Assembly (NCBI GenBank): GCA_934101225.1
Contig: CAKOQK010000002.1
Coordinates: 40,633-104,632 of the forward strand
Direction: 5' to 3'
Source of the DNA: an uncultured Bacilli bacterium
GTDB taxonomy: Bacteria > Bacillota_I > Bacilli_A > RF39 > UBA660
DNA: 64,000 nucleotides
Each line of letters opens with the position of its first letter. Positions within the stretch are counted from its first letter, which is position 1. This document shows, in pieces, positions 9,382 to 19,590 of this stretch. Below the pieces are notes generated by a model. The model saw only the letters and a program-made list of their open reading frames with translations. It made no database searches and was not told where the DNA came from. A program made the position numbers and the translations under genes.

Positions 9382-9958
9382 TATAATATGGGGAATATTT
9401 ATAATTGTAGGAATTACTTATGGATTAATAAGTGGAAATATAAGTGCTATTAATGATGAAATTATAGAGGTAGGTAATACTTGTTTAGATTTAATATTAA
9501 ATATTATGCCATTACTTGTAATTTGGATGGGACTTATGGCTATTGCTGAAAAATCAGGTTTAATTAATAAAATTGCAAAATTATTAAGTCCTATTTTATC
9601 TAAGATATTTCCTAAAATTCCAACATCCCATCCCGCACTTGGATATATTGCTTCTAATATCGCTATTAATATGGCTGGACTAGGATCTGCTGCAACACCT
9701 TTTGGTTTAAAAGCTATGGAAGAACTTCAAAAATTAAATGATGATAAAAAAACTGCATCTACTTCAATGATAACCTTTTTAGTTTTAAATACGAGTGGGG
9801 TAACAATTGTTCCAACTACTATATTAGCCTTAAGAAAAGCAACTGGTTCCAGTGATCCAACTAAAGTTTTACCACTATGTATAATGGCAACAACAGCATC
9901 AACTATTGGAGGCTTAACTTTAGATTATTTTATAAGGAGAAAAAATGGGAATAAGTAG
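9374..9958 (+). CDS. spmA: Spore maturation protein A (nucleoside-recognition/Gate domain membrane protein)
   Basis: Polytopic membrane protein in the conserved dacB-spmA-spmB position. Overlaps dacB. Confidence 0.75.
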   Translation: MINIIWGIFIIVGITYGLISGNISAINDEIIEVGNTCLDLILNIMPLLVIWMGLMAIAEKSGLINKIAKLLSPILSKIFPKIPTSHPALGYIASNIAINMAGLGSAATPFGLKAMEELQKLNDDKKTASTSMITFLVLNTSGVTIVPTTILALRKATGSSDPTKVLPLCIMATTASTIGGLTLDYFIRRKNGNK

Positions 9959-10463
9959 CATAATTATTTTACCTTTAATAGTGTTATTTATAATAATTTA
10001 TGGCTTTATTAAAAAAGTAGATATTTATGATGAGTTTTTAAATGGTGCTTTAGATGGACTTAAAACTACTATTAAAATAATTCCTAATTTAGTTGCTATG
10101 ATATTTGCCATTAATATTTTAATTAAAAGTAATATTATAACTGATTCCTTCTTTTTTTTAGATAATGTTTTAAAAAAATTTAGTTTATCAAGTGAAATAA
10201 TTCCCATGTGTTTTTTAAGAAGTATATCTGGTAATTCAACTTTAGCAATAATGGTTAATATTTTTAAAGAGTTTGGACCAGACTCAGTCATGGGTACTTT
10301 AGCAAGCGTAATTCAAGGATCAAGCGATACAACTTTATATGTCATTGCCCTTTATTTTGGCAGTATTAAAATAGTTAAAAATAGATATGCTCTTCCTGTG
10401 GGATTATTTGCTGATTTTATTGGGATACTTGCTTCATTTATTTTAGTTTATTTATTCTATTAG
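9945..10463 (+). CDS. spmB: Spore maturation protein B
   Basis: Polytopic membrane protein overlapping spmA, in the conserved operon order. Confidence 0.75.
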   Translation: MGISSIIILPLIVLFIIIYGFIKKVDIYDEFLNGALDGLKTTIKIIPNLVAMIFAINILIKSNIITDSFFFLDNVLKKFSLSSEIIPMCFLRSISGNSTLAIMVNIFKEFGPDSVMGTLASVIQGSSDTTLYVIALYFGSIKIVKNRYALPVGLFADFIGILASFILVYLFY

Positions 10464-10591
10464 TTCGAAATTTAAAAAATACAATTTTTTAAAAATAATT
10501 TACCTATTAAGTTAATCAAAATGATTGACTTTTATTTTTTATATGCTATTATATTATTAACCAATTATGTTAAATGGAGAAAGGAAACTTA

Positions 10592-10924
10592 ATGGAATTA
10601 ACATACAAAACTAAAAAACTTCAAAGATTATGTGAAGATCCAACATATAATAATGAATTGGTTAAAAGATATAATAAAGAAGTTGCTATTAAATTACCCC
10701 GAAGAATTAAAGAATTAAAAGCTGCGGTATGTTTAGAAGATATTCCTTCATCTTTGCCATTTAGAAGACATAAGTTAACAGGGGATTTAAAGGGATATTT
10801 TGCTATAAATATTACTTTACAATATCGCTTAATATTTAAACAAAAAGATAATAATATAATAATAGAAGATTTAAGAAAAATAAAAGAAATAGAAATTATG
10901 GAGGTGTCTAAACATTATGAGTAA
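10592..10924 (+). CDS. higB: HigB-type (plasmid killer family) RelE/ParE-superfamily toxin
   Basis: The motif HKLTGDLKGYFAINITLQYRLIF matches the HigB/killer-protein signature. The toxin comes first and overlaps the downstream HTH gene. The start could also be 10574. Confidence 0.7.
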   Translation: MELTYKTKKLQRLCEDPTYNNELVKRYNKEVAIKLPRRIKELKAAVCLEDIPSSLPFRRHKLTGDLKGYFAINITLQYRLIFKQKDNNIIIEDLRKIKEIEIMEVSKHYE

Positions 10925-11981
10925 GTCAAATGTGTATAATGAATATGTCATAGCACCAGGAGAAACAATTTTAGAACTATTAGAATCTAACGGAATGAGT
11001 CAATTAGATTTAGCTTATAAAACTGGAATTAATAAAAAAACAATTAATGAAATAATTAAAGGTAAAGCACCAATAACAACAACTACTGCTTTAAAATTTG
11101 AATATGTTTTTAATATACCAGCCAGTTTTTTTAACAATTTAGAAAGTAGTTATCAAGAAGTACTAGAAAGAAAAAATGATTTTATTAAAGTTAAAGAAGA
11201 AGAAAAATATTTAGAAAATATTCTTTATAATGAGATGGCTAAGCGTGGTTGGGACTGGATAGAAAAAACTAATGATCCATTTCAAAAAGTTATTAATTTA
11301 AGAAAATTTTTTTCAGTTGCTTCTTTATCTTTTGATACTGAATTAAAAAAGAAATTAGCCTTTAGAAAGAAAAATAATGATAAATTTTCTAATGAAGCAT
11401 TATACTGTTATTTAAGATATGGTGAAATTGAGTCAAATAAAGTAACCTATCCTAAATTTAACATTTTATTATTAAATGAAAATTTATCTAGGTTACGTAA
11501 ACTTGCAAATGATTCATTTATTAAACAATTTAATAAATTAAAAGAAATCTTATTTAGTTGTGGCATATCACTTATATTCGAGCCAGAACTACCACACACT
11601 TATGTTAACGGGGTATCATATATGATTAATCCAAATAAAGCCATTATCATGATAAGCGATAGAGGAAAAAAGAATGATATTATTTGGTTTACTTTCTTTC
11701 ATGAAATAGGTCATTTGCTTAAACATAGTCGAAAAGAAGTATTTGTTGATTTAGATGATAAAGAAGAAAATAATATTGAAAAAGAAGCAGATAAATTTGC
11801 TAGAAATATTTTAATACCAGATAAAAGTTATAATGAGTTTATTAGAAATAATAAGATATTTACAGAAAAGATTTTAAAAGATTTTTCTAAAAGTATTAAC
11901 ATATTACCAGGAATTCTTGTTGGAAGACTTCAAAAAGATGGTTTAATTAAATGGAATGAATTTAATTATTTAAAAAATTAG
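10917..11981 (+). CDS. Fusion protein: XRE-type HTH (HigA position) plus ImmA/IrrE (COG2856) zinc-metallopeptidase domain
   Basis: N-terminal HTH (MSQLDLAYKTGINKKTINEIIKG). C-terminal HEIGH (HExxH) motif at FFHEIGHLLKH. Confidence 0.7.
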   Translation: MSKSNVYNEYVIAPGETILELLESNGMSQLDLAYKTGINKKTINEIIKGKAPITTTTALKFEYVFNIPASFFNNLESSYQEVLERKNDFIKVKEEEKYLENILYNEMAKRGWDWIEKTNDPFQKVINLRKFFSVASLSFDTELKKKLAFRKKNNDKFSNEALYCYLRYGEIESNKVTYPKFNILLLNENLSRLRKLANDSFIKQFNKLKEILFSCGISLIFEPELPHTYVNGVSYMINPNKAIIMISDRGKKNDIIWFTFFHEIGHLLKHSRKEVFVDLDDKEENNIEKEADKFARNILIPDKSYNEFIRNNKIFTEKILKDFSKSINILPGILVGRLQKDGLIKWNEFNYLKN

Positions 11982-12171
11982 TTATTTATATATTTTTAAT
12001 AATTTATTGTTGTTATTGTTAATAAGCTATATAATAAATATGGGTATAAGACGATTTTTAAAAAAATATTTTATAATATAGATAATTGCTTTGTATTTGT
12101 TAGGGGATTGAGACTAACCCTTGTAAATTGGAAGGAGAGAGACCGAGATTTGTCTACTTGGTTAGTGTTTT

Positions 12172-12894
12172 ATGAAATTAGTAGATTTAAATTCATTAGA
12201 TAGTGAAAAAACATATTATCATTTTACACCTAGATATAATTTTGAGAGTATATGTGAAAAAGGACTTTTAGCTAAAATTGGTAGTAATGCGAATGGTATT
12301 GAAAAAACACCTAAAGTGTTTTTTGCTATTGGAAATTTAGGGTTTCTTAAAATATGTGATGTATGGATAAATTGGTTTATTTATAAAATTGCTTTATATG
12401 ATAATGTACTTAAATATAAAGATATTTCAATAGATGAAAAAATTAATTTAAAAAGACAATTTAAAAATAGATTTATAAAAGGTGCTTTTTATAGTGATGA
12501 TTATATAATAAAGGCATTTGAAATGATGAGACATGAGTTAGAAAATGATATTATGTTTAAATTAAATTTAGATGAAAGTGATTATGATTTAAATGATATT
12601 GATGAAGCAAAATCAAATGAAAGAGAAGAGTTTATTAATAGAATGTATCTTGGGAATATAACAAGTTTAGATAAAGTTGAGTCATTTAACATGCATACGA
12701 AGAGTAATCTTGGAATTAATAATGATAAAATAGAAAAAATTATTTGTGAAAATAATGATTCTGCTTTATACATATTAAAAGAAATATATAATAAAGAAAA
12801 ACAAAATAATATGAATTTAAAGTTTGTTTTTCTTGATAAATTTATAGAATATGTATATGGTTTAAATTTAAATATTAAATCTCAAAGGATGTAA
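12172..12894 (+). CDS. Hypothetical cytoplasmic protein (240 aa)
   Basis: Long ORF with coding-like composition. No motif I can name. Confidence 0.5.
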   Translation: MKLVDLNSLDSEKTYYHFTPRYNFESICEKGLLAKIGSNANGIEKTPKVFFAIGNLGFLKICDVWINWFIYKIALYDNVLKYKDISIDEKINLKRQFKNRFIKGAFYSDDYIIKAFEMMRHELENDIMFKLNLDESDYDLNDIDEAKSNEREEFINRMYLGNITSLDKVESFNMHTKSNLGINNDKIEKIICENNDSALYILKEIYNKEKQNNMNLKFVFLDKFIEYVYGLNLNIKSQRM

Positions 12895-12975
12895 AATATA
12901 GATTTAATTTATTTATTCTTTTAGTTTATTTATTATGATGATTTTGCTAAAATAAATGAGTAAGGAGTGATCTAA

Positions 12976-13689
12976 GTGGAAAGATTACAAAAAATAATTG
13001 CCGAATCAGGTTTTACTTCAAGAAGAAAAGCTGAAGAATTAATAAAAGAGGGAAAAGTATATGTAAATGGGGTTAAGGTTACTGAGTTAGGTACAAAAGC
13101 AAGTTTTGGAGATTTAATAGTTGTTAATGGAGTAACTTTAAATAAAGCAGATTATGTTTATTTTTTATTAAATAAACCAAGAGGAGTTATATCATCAGCA
13201 GCAGATGATAAAAAAAGAAAAACAGTTGTTGATTTAATTGATACAGATAAAAGAATTTATCCTATTGGAAGATTAGACTATGATACTACTGGTTTATTAT
13301 TGCTTACTAATGATGGAGAACTTACAAATATTTTAACTCATCCTAAAAATAAAGTTCCAAAAAAATATGTTGCAAAATTAAATAAATTTATGGATATTGC
13401 TGATTTAAAAAAATTAGAACAAGGAATTGATGTTGAGGGTCGAAAATGTGTTCCAACAAGAGTTAAATTAAAGAAAAATGATGCTATTAAAAATTACGCT
13501 ATTGTTGAAATAACTATTATTGAAGGAAGAAATCACATTATTAAGAAAGTATTTGAAAACTTAGGATACTTAGTAGATAAATTAACAAGAGTAGAGTATG
13601 CATTTTTAAATGTTGATAAATTAAAAAGTGGTGAATATCGTAGTTTAACTATAAAGGAAGTAAAAAAACTTTATGAATATAAAAATTGA
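12976..13689 (+). CDS. rluB: Pseudouridine synthase, RsuA/RluB family, with S4 RNA-binding domain
   Basis: GTG start after AAGGAG. S4 motif SRRKAEELIKEGKVYVNG. Catalytic motif GRLDYDTTGLLLLTNDG. Confidence 0.85.
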   Translation: MERLQKIIAESGFTSRRKAEELIKEGKVYVNGVKVTELGTKASFGDLIVVNGVTLNKADYVYFLLNKPRGVISSAADDKKRKTVVDLIDTDKRIYPIGRLDYDTTGLLLLTNDGELTNILTHPKNKVPKKYVAKLNKFMDIADLKKLEQGIDVEGRKCVPTRVKLKKNDAIKNYAIVEITIIEGRNHIIKKVFENLGYLVDKLTRVEYAFLNVDKLKSGEYRSLTIKEVKKLYEYKN

Positions 13690-14854
13690 AAAGTATAATA
13701 ATCAAGGTAGAGGAATTGGTTATTTAAATAAAAAAATAATTTTTGTACCTAACACGATTATTGGAGAAACAGTAGAAATTGAAATAGTAGAAGAAAAAGA
13801 TAAATATATGGTAGGTAAGGCAATAAATGTTATAAGTCCTTCAACTATAAGAATTAAAAGCAAGTGTCCTTATTATGATAAGTGTGGTGGATGTGAATTT
13901 ATGCATTTATCAATAGATGAAGAACTAAGAATTAAAACTAATATATTAACCGAGTTATTAAAAAGAAATAATATAGACGTACCTAAAATTAATGTAATCC
14001 AAAGTAATAATAAATATAATTACCGTAATAAAGTAACTTTAAAAATAGTTAATAATGAATTTGGTTATTATAATTCGGGAACTCATAATTTTACTAAAAT
14101 AGATTATTGTTATCTTGCTAAAGATTCTATTAATAATATAATTAAAAGTTATAATTTATTTAAAGTATCAAGTGGAGAAATAACTATTAGATCTAATTAT
14201 AATGATGAAATATTAATAAAGATAACTAGCAATGAAAAAGTAGATGTTGATATTGAAAAGTTAATTAATGATAATAAAATAGTTGGAATTATTGTTAATG
14301 ATAAGGTTATTTATGGGGAAAATGATTATATAGAAAAAGTAAATAATTATTTATTTAAAGTTAATATTAATTCCTTTTTTCAAGTTAATTTAAATATATT
14401 AGAAAAAATAGAGAAGATATTACATGCTAAAAAATATCATAATGTGGTTGACTTATATTGTGGTGTTGGTACTCTTGGAATGTTTGTTAACAAAGATAAA
14501 TTATATGGTATTGAAATAGTTAAAGATGCTGTTATTAACGCTAGTGTTAACGCTAAAATAAATAAACAAAATAATATGTATATGTTAGGTGATTCTTCTA
14601 AAATATCTAAAATAAATAGTGATATAGATTGCATAATTATTGATCCACCAAGAAGTGGATTAAATAAAGAAACTATGAAAAATATTGTAACTATTAAACC
14701 AGATAATTTAATATATATGTCTTGTAATCCATTAACATTCGTTAGAGATATGCAAATATTAAATAAGATATATAACGTAGATGAGTTTTACTATTTAGAG
14801 ATGTTTCCTAGAACAAAACATATGGAAGTACTTTGTACATTGAAGAAAAAATGA
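13673..14854 (+). CDS. rlmCD: 23S rRNA (uracil-C5)-methyltransferase, RumA/RlmCD family
   Basis: TRAM-like N-terminus. Fe-S Cys cluster CPYYDKCGGCEFMH. SAM motif DLYCGVGT. DPPRSG. Catalytic SCNP. Confidence 0.8.
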   Translation: MNIKIEKYNNQGRGIGYLNKKIIFVPNTIIGETVEIEIVEEKDKYMVGKAINVISPSTIRIKSKCPYYDKCGGCEFMHLSIDEELRIKTNILTELLKRNNIDVPKINVIQSNNKYNYRNKVTLKIVNNEFGYYNSGTHNFTKIDYCYLAKDSINNIIKSYNLFKVSSGEITIRSNYNDEILIKITSNEKVDVDIEKLINDNKIVGIIVNDKVIYGENDYIEKVNNYLFKVNINSFFQVNLNILEKIEKILHAKKYHNVVDLYCGVGTLGMFVNKDKLYGIEIVKDAVINASVNAKINKQNNMYMLGDSSKISKINSDIDCIIIDPPRSGLNKETMKNIVTIKPDNLIYMSCNPLTFVRDMQILNKIYNVDEFYYLEMFPRTKHMEVLCTLKKK

Positions 14855-14967
14855 AATATCAAAAATATTTATAAGATTGTTTGAGTATGACATGAACACG
14901 ACTCTAATATAAATGGTATTTGAAAACATATATTAATTAAAAATTAATTTGAGGGGATGTAGTATAT

Positions 14968-15994
14968 ATGAATGCAAATTTAATTGGAAATGAAAATAAT
15001 ATTATATTTTATGAAGATGAAGCGGGAAATTCAAAAGTAGAAGTTGTTTTGAAAGAAGATAATGTTTGGTTAAATGCTAATGCGATTGCAAATTTATTCA
15101 ATGTTCAAAGGCCTGCAATTGTAAAACATATTAATAATATATATAATGATGAAGAATTAGATAAAAATTTAACTTGTTCCATTTTGGAACAAGTTCAACT
15201 TGAAGGAAATAGAAAAGTTTCAAGAAAAAAAGACTTTTATAATTTAGATATGATTATTTCCATTGGGTTTAGAGTTAATTCCAAAACTGCAATAAAATTT
15301 AGAACTTGGGCTAATAAAATAATAAAAGAATATATGGTAAAAGGATTTGCCTTAAATGATGATAGATTTATTAATGGTAATAGATTTGATACAAGATATT
15401 TTGATGAATTATTAGAACGTATAAAAATAATTCGTACAAGTGAAAGAATGGCTTATCAAAAAATCACAGATATTTTTATTACAACTAGGTGTTGATTATG
15501 ATAAAAAATCTGAAGATGCTTATACCTTCTTCAAAATAGTTCAAAATAAATTACACTATGCCATTACCGGACATACTGCTGTAGAACTTATTTATGAAAG
15601 AGTTAGTAGTGAAAAAATACATATGGGACTTACTAATTGGAAAAACAGTCCTGATGGATTAATTTATAAATATGATGTTGGAATAGCTAAGAATTACTTA
15701 AGCGAAGAAGAATTAAGAAAATTAAATAATTTAACAACATTATTTTTAGATTATGCCGAGGATATGGCAGAAGAACAAAATATAATGACAATGCAAAAAT
15801 GGATAGATATAACTGATAAACTACTTTCTTTTAGAGATAAGAAAATGTTGAAAGATTCTGGTAAAATATCTCATAAACAAGCTTTAGAAAAAGCAGAAAA
15901 TGAATATGAAAAATTTAGAATAAAGCAAGATAGAGAATATATTTCAAGCATGGATGAAATGTATAAAAAATATTTAGAAGAAAATCAAAAATAG
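14968..15994 (+). pseudogene. RhuM-family virulence-associated protein disrupted by a frameshift near 15487
   Basis: Two overlapping ORFs (14968-15495 and 15440-15994) together are collinear with RhuM proteins (FYNLDMIISIGFRVNS, FRTWANKIIKEYMVKGF, YFDELLERIK.IR.SE). The frames join at ...ITDIFITT / GVDYDKK.... Confidence 0.7.
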
Positions 15995-16284
15995 TAATTT
16001 AGTTCTTTCATTGAGTACATTACTTACTGTTGCAGATTCTTATGATGATTTGCTTGAGAAAATTGTTGATGAATCAATGACGATTGATTCTACAAAGGAA
16101 GACCTAACAAATGCAATCATAGCGAATGCATATAATTATCAGGCAGCACTTTTATGTGTAAAAGGTGATTATGAAAAAGCGTATGAAACTCAAAAATACA
16201 TATCAATTTAATTTATGATGATTATTTAAATTTGGTTTAATTTATTAAAAAAAATATATAGTGCTTAAAATTAAGGAGTATAAA

Positions 16285-17136
16285 ATGTTACAAAGAAATA
16301 AAATCATAGACGCATTTTCTTTTTATAATATAAATAAGAATTACCTTGAAAAATGTATTATTATTTCAGAAGAAATTAAGAAAAATTCAGAATTATATGA
16401 ATCTTTTAAGAAGATATACGAAATTCTTTATTTACATGAAATCGACGAATTAAAAGAATTGTGGAAAATTGAAAATCTTGATATTTTTTATAATATTTCT
16501 GTAGATCCTTTTATTAATAATTTAATGCTTATATTAGGATATGAAATTCATAAAGAAAATATGAAAAAATTAAATTTTAATAAGCGACAAATTATTTTAC
16601 AAAAGAAAAGAATTAAAGAATGTTTTGAAAATGATTTAATAAAAAGAAATTATCTAGGGATAAGAATTTCACAATTGTTGTGGGGGATTTATTTTATAAG
16701 AGGAAAAATAATAGAAGTTGGATCTTTACAATTTGAAAAAGTAGATAATAAAATTATAAAAATTCATATACCTAAAAATGCAAACTTGAATATTAGTGTT
16801 GTAAAAGAATCTTTGATATTATCACGAATAGAAATTGAAAAGACATATAACATGAGTAACTTCAAATATTGTTGTGAATCTTGGTTATTAAGTAACCAAA
16901 TTCACAATTTAGTAGATAAAGAATCTAATATTTTTAATTTTTATAATTTATTTGAAATTGTTGAGGGTAAAGAATGCTTGAATGATATACTAAATTTTGT
17001 TTTCAATATAAAAAATTGTAATGATTTCAATACGTTAGAAGAAAAAACAAGTTTACAACATAAAATTAAAGATAAATTGATTATTGGAGAAAAATTTTAT
17101 TTAGGTATTGGTACACTTAAAGGTTTAGATAAATAA
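16285..17136 (+). CDS. Hypothetical protein, possibly the NAT_N/GNAT_C-type acyltransferase-domain family
   Basis: ATG after AAGGAG. The C-terminal pattern IHIPKN..L........CESWLLSNQI..L....SNIFNF..LF recalls that family. From memory only. Confidence 0.45.
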   Translation: MLQRNKIIDAFSFYNINKNYLEKCIIISEEIKKNSELYESFKKIYEILYLHEIDELKELWKIENLDIFYNISVDPFINNLMLILGYEIHKENMKKLNFNKRQIILQKKRIKECFENDLIKRNYLGIRISQLLWGIYFIRGKIIEVGSLQFEKVDNKIIKIHIPKNANLNISVVKESLILSRIEIEKTYNMSNFKYCCESWLLSNQIHNLVDKESNIFNFYNLFEIVEGKECLNDILNFVFNIKNCNDFNTLEEKTSLQHKIKDKLIIGEKFYLGIGTLKGLDK

Positions 17137-17238
17137 CAAAATATTAAAAAAATTTAAAAGAAATTTTTAGGCAATAGGTGTAAATGATTTTACTATTTAA
17201 AAATGCTTTATAAAAATAAAAATGTGAGGAGAAATCTA

Positions 17239-17925
17239 ATGAATAAACCAATTATTGGAATTGTAGCAAAACATTATGCTACATATAAAAGTAATAAAAT
17301 TGATACATTTATAAGAGATGAAGTAAAACAAGCAATATTTGATAATGGAGGAATAGCTATTGGAATACTACCTGTAGAAACTGCTATAAATTACAGTGGA
17401 GATAATTGGAAAAATAATCTATCTATGGAGGAAAAAGAAAATTTAATTATTCAATTAAAATTATGTGATGGCATTATTTTACAAGGTGGAGTTGAAACAG
17501 ATAATTATGAAATCATAACTGCTAAATACTGTTATGAAAATAATATTCCAATACTTGGCATATGTGCTGGACAAAATAACATAGCTAGAGCATTAGGAGG
17601 TACTACTTATAAAATTCAAAATCCGGATAAACATAATAATGCATTTGATGAATATGTACATAATATTAAAATTGATAAGCATTCGAAATTTTATAACATA
17701 GTTAATACAAGTATGATGATGGTAAATTCAAGACACAAAAGAACTATAGAAAATTGTCCGATGCTTAATAAAGTTGCATTTTGTGAAGATGGATATCCAG
17801 ATGTAATTGAGTCCAAAAATAAAAAATTCTATATAGGTGTTAGATTTCATCCAGAAAGTTTATATAAGAAAGATGCAAAAATGAACAAGATTTTTAAAGA
17901 GTTTATAAATATTTGCAAACATTAG
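17239..17925 (+). CDS. Class I glutamine amidotransferase / peptidase C26 (gamma-glutamyl hydrolase-like)
   Basis: ATG after GAGGAG. Nucleophile elbow GICAGQN. RFHPE motif near the C-terminus. Confidence 0.7.
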   Translation: MNKPIIGIVAKHYATYKSNKIDTFIRDEVKQAIFDNGGIAIGILPVETAINYSGDNWKNNLSMEEKENLIIQLKLCDGIILQGGVETDNYEIITAKYCYENNIPILGICAGQNNIARALGGTTYKIQNPDKHNNAFDEYVHNIKIDKHSKFYNIVNTSMMMVNSRHKRTIENCPMLNKVAFCEDGYPDVIESKNKKFYIGVRFHPESLYKKDAKMNKIFKEFINICKH

Positions 17926-18158
17926 GAATTAAATGGATAAATATAAGAAAAACGATATAACTTTTGAATTATTATTATAAATATTTTATGGATTATCATC
18001 TAACATAGATAACATTAATTTTCATTAGAAGATAGTTAAAAAAATTTAATAAAATTAAATTTTAATGCAATAATTTACTATCTTAAAACGTTACTATAGT
18101 GAAAGGTAAAGTAATTAATTTATATAAAAATTAATTACTAAGTTTGGAGGTTATACAT

Positions 18159-18728
18159 ATGAATAATTTTTATTTAGAAATACCAAATATTAAAAGAAAA
18201 GAAGATATTATTGATTATATAAATGAATTAGAACTATACAATTCAGAAATAAATGGAATAGAACTATTAGCAAAAATTTTAGATGGATATTCATTTGAAG
18301 AAACATTAGAAAACTGTTTAAAAAGATCAAATAAAGATTATGCTATAAAAAACGGAAAGAATCAAGTTAATACCTATTTATTAATAAGAAAAAGTGATAA
18401 TAAAATTGTAGGAGCTATTAATATTAGATTAAATTATGGTTCTGGTATAAATAAATTTAATGGTAACATTGGGTATGGTATAAGACCTACTGAAAGAAGA
18501 AAAGGATATAATAAAATTAATCTATACTTAGGATTATTAGAAGCCAAGAAATTAGGACTTGAAAAAGTTACTTTAGCATGTGAATCTACAAATATCGCTT
18601 CCATTAAAACAATTGAATCATTAGGTGGTATATTAAATTCTAGTGAAATTGATCCAAGCGATGGAATTCTAACAAATATTTATATTATAAATGTAAAAGA
18701 AACAATTAATAAATATAAAAATATATAA
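18159..18728 (+). CDS. GNAT-family N-acetyltransferase
   Basis: ATG after GGAGG. The motif GNIGYGIRPTERRKGY and a following helix are typical of GNAT motif A. Confidence 0.65.
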   Translation: MNNFYLEIPNIKRKEDIIDYINELELYNSEINGIELLAKILDGYSFEETLENCLKRSNKDYAIKNGKNQVNTYLLIRKSDNKIVGAINIRLNYGSGINKFNGNIGYGIRPTERRKGYNKINLYLGLLEAKKLGLEKVTLACESTNIASIKTIESLGGILNSSEIDPSDGILTNIYIINVKETINKYKNI

Positions 18729-18749
18729 TTATTAGAAAGGAAATTTATA

Positions 18750-19166
18750 ATGAAGAAAATATTATGTTTGTTTGGAATAATTGTTATATTAACTGGTTGT
18801 TCTAAAAAAATTAGTGATGATGCAATATTAAGTGTATCAAAAGATAATAAAATCGAAGTACAAGAGTTTAATAAATACTCAGAGTTAGATGAAAGAATTA
18901 TTTACATAGAAACTAAATTAAAAGATGTTTATTATAACAAAGATGGTAAAAAATACTCTTTAAAAGAATATATTAAAACAATTGATGATGGTAAAGAAAT
19001 AACAAGTTTGCTAGAAGATTATCGAAGCTATGACGATGGAGGTTCACAATTATTTTCATCAAAAGAATATGATTTAAGTATTTTAATTTGTAATAAAATT
19101 AATGGAACATCAGATATTTATATAGGCGATTCAAATATGACTTATAGTGGTACTATGTGTAAATAG
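18750..19166 (+). CDS. Small lipoprotein
   Basis: Signal peptide ending in the lipobox L-T-G-C (IVILTGCS). Confidence 0.6.
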   Translation: MKKILCLFGIIVILTGCSKKISDDAILSVSKDNKIEVQEFNKYSELDERIIYIETKLKDVYYNKDGKKYSLKEYIKTIDDGKEITSLLEDYRSYDDGGSQLFSSKEYDLSILICNKINGTSDIYIGDSNMTYSGTMCK

Positions 19167-19331
19167 AGAATTATAATTCTCTTTTTATATGTAATTTGCT
19201 TATTTTTATTCTCTAAACTTTAAAAAAATTAACTTTTAGGGAATGAATAACTATAAATAAATAATATAATTGTAAATTAATTATTGTACTTAGATATAAA
19301 AATATAATGTAAATGTTTTAAAGATAATTTA

Positions 19332-19360
19332 TTGCAATTTAATAAAAAATAATATATACT
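19332..19360 (+). promoter_or_regulatory. Sigma-A-type promoter of the valS leader
   Basis: TTGCAA (19332-19337), 17-nt spacer, TATACT (19355-19360). Confidence 0.6.
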
Positions 19361-19366
19361 ATCATT

Positions 19367-19570
19367 AAGTTTTCAATGAGATTTGAGGAGTATTATATTA
19401 AATATTTAAAGAGAGTTAATGGTCGGTGGAAATTAATAATTATTTATGTAAGAAGGTTGCAAATTGAGAAAAATCGCTATTTCAGCGTTAAAGAATTAAA
19501 GATAACTAATAGTTATAAATTAAGGTGGTACCACGGTAAATTCGTCCTTATATTTATAACTATTTTTTTT
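19367..19570 (+). promoter_or_regulatory. T-box leader (tRNA-Val sensing) with intrinsic terminator
   Basis: AGAGA box at about 19409. Candidate GUU specifier at 19456-19458. T-box sequence AAUUAAGGUGGUACCACGG at 19518-19536. Terminator arms AGTTATAAATTAAGG / CCTTATATTTATAACT followed by a T-run ending at 19570. valS lies immediately downstream. Confidence 0.85.
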
Positions 19571-19590
19571 AAAAAGAAAGGAAGATTTAG

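Noticed and set aside
11985-12171. Possible riboswitch in the spacer before 12172 (hairpins GTTAG...CTAAC and AGAC...GTCT)
   Set aside because: Only short generic hairpins are present, and there is no match to any riboswitch consensus I know.
12172-12894. The N-terminal YYHFTPRYNFESICEKGLL looked superficially like the H-x-T...GL start of Tpt1/DarT-type ADP-ribosyltransferase folds
   Set aside because: The downstream catalytic Arg/His/Glu positions expected for those families are not recognisable. The similarity is too weak to call.
16011-16211. 66-aa ORF with a TTG start
   Set aside because: No RBS, a non-ATG start, short length, and no recognisable motif. It could be a gene fragment, but this is unsupported.
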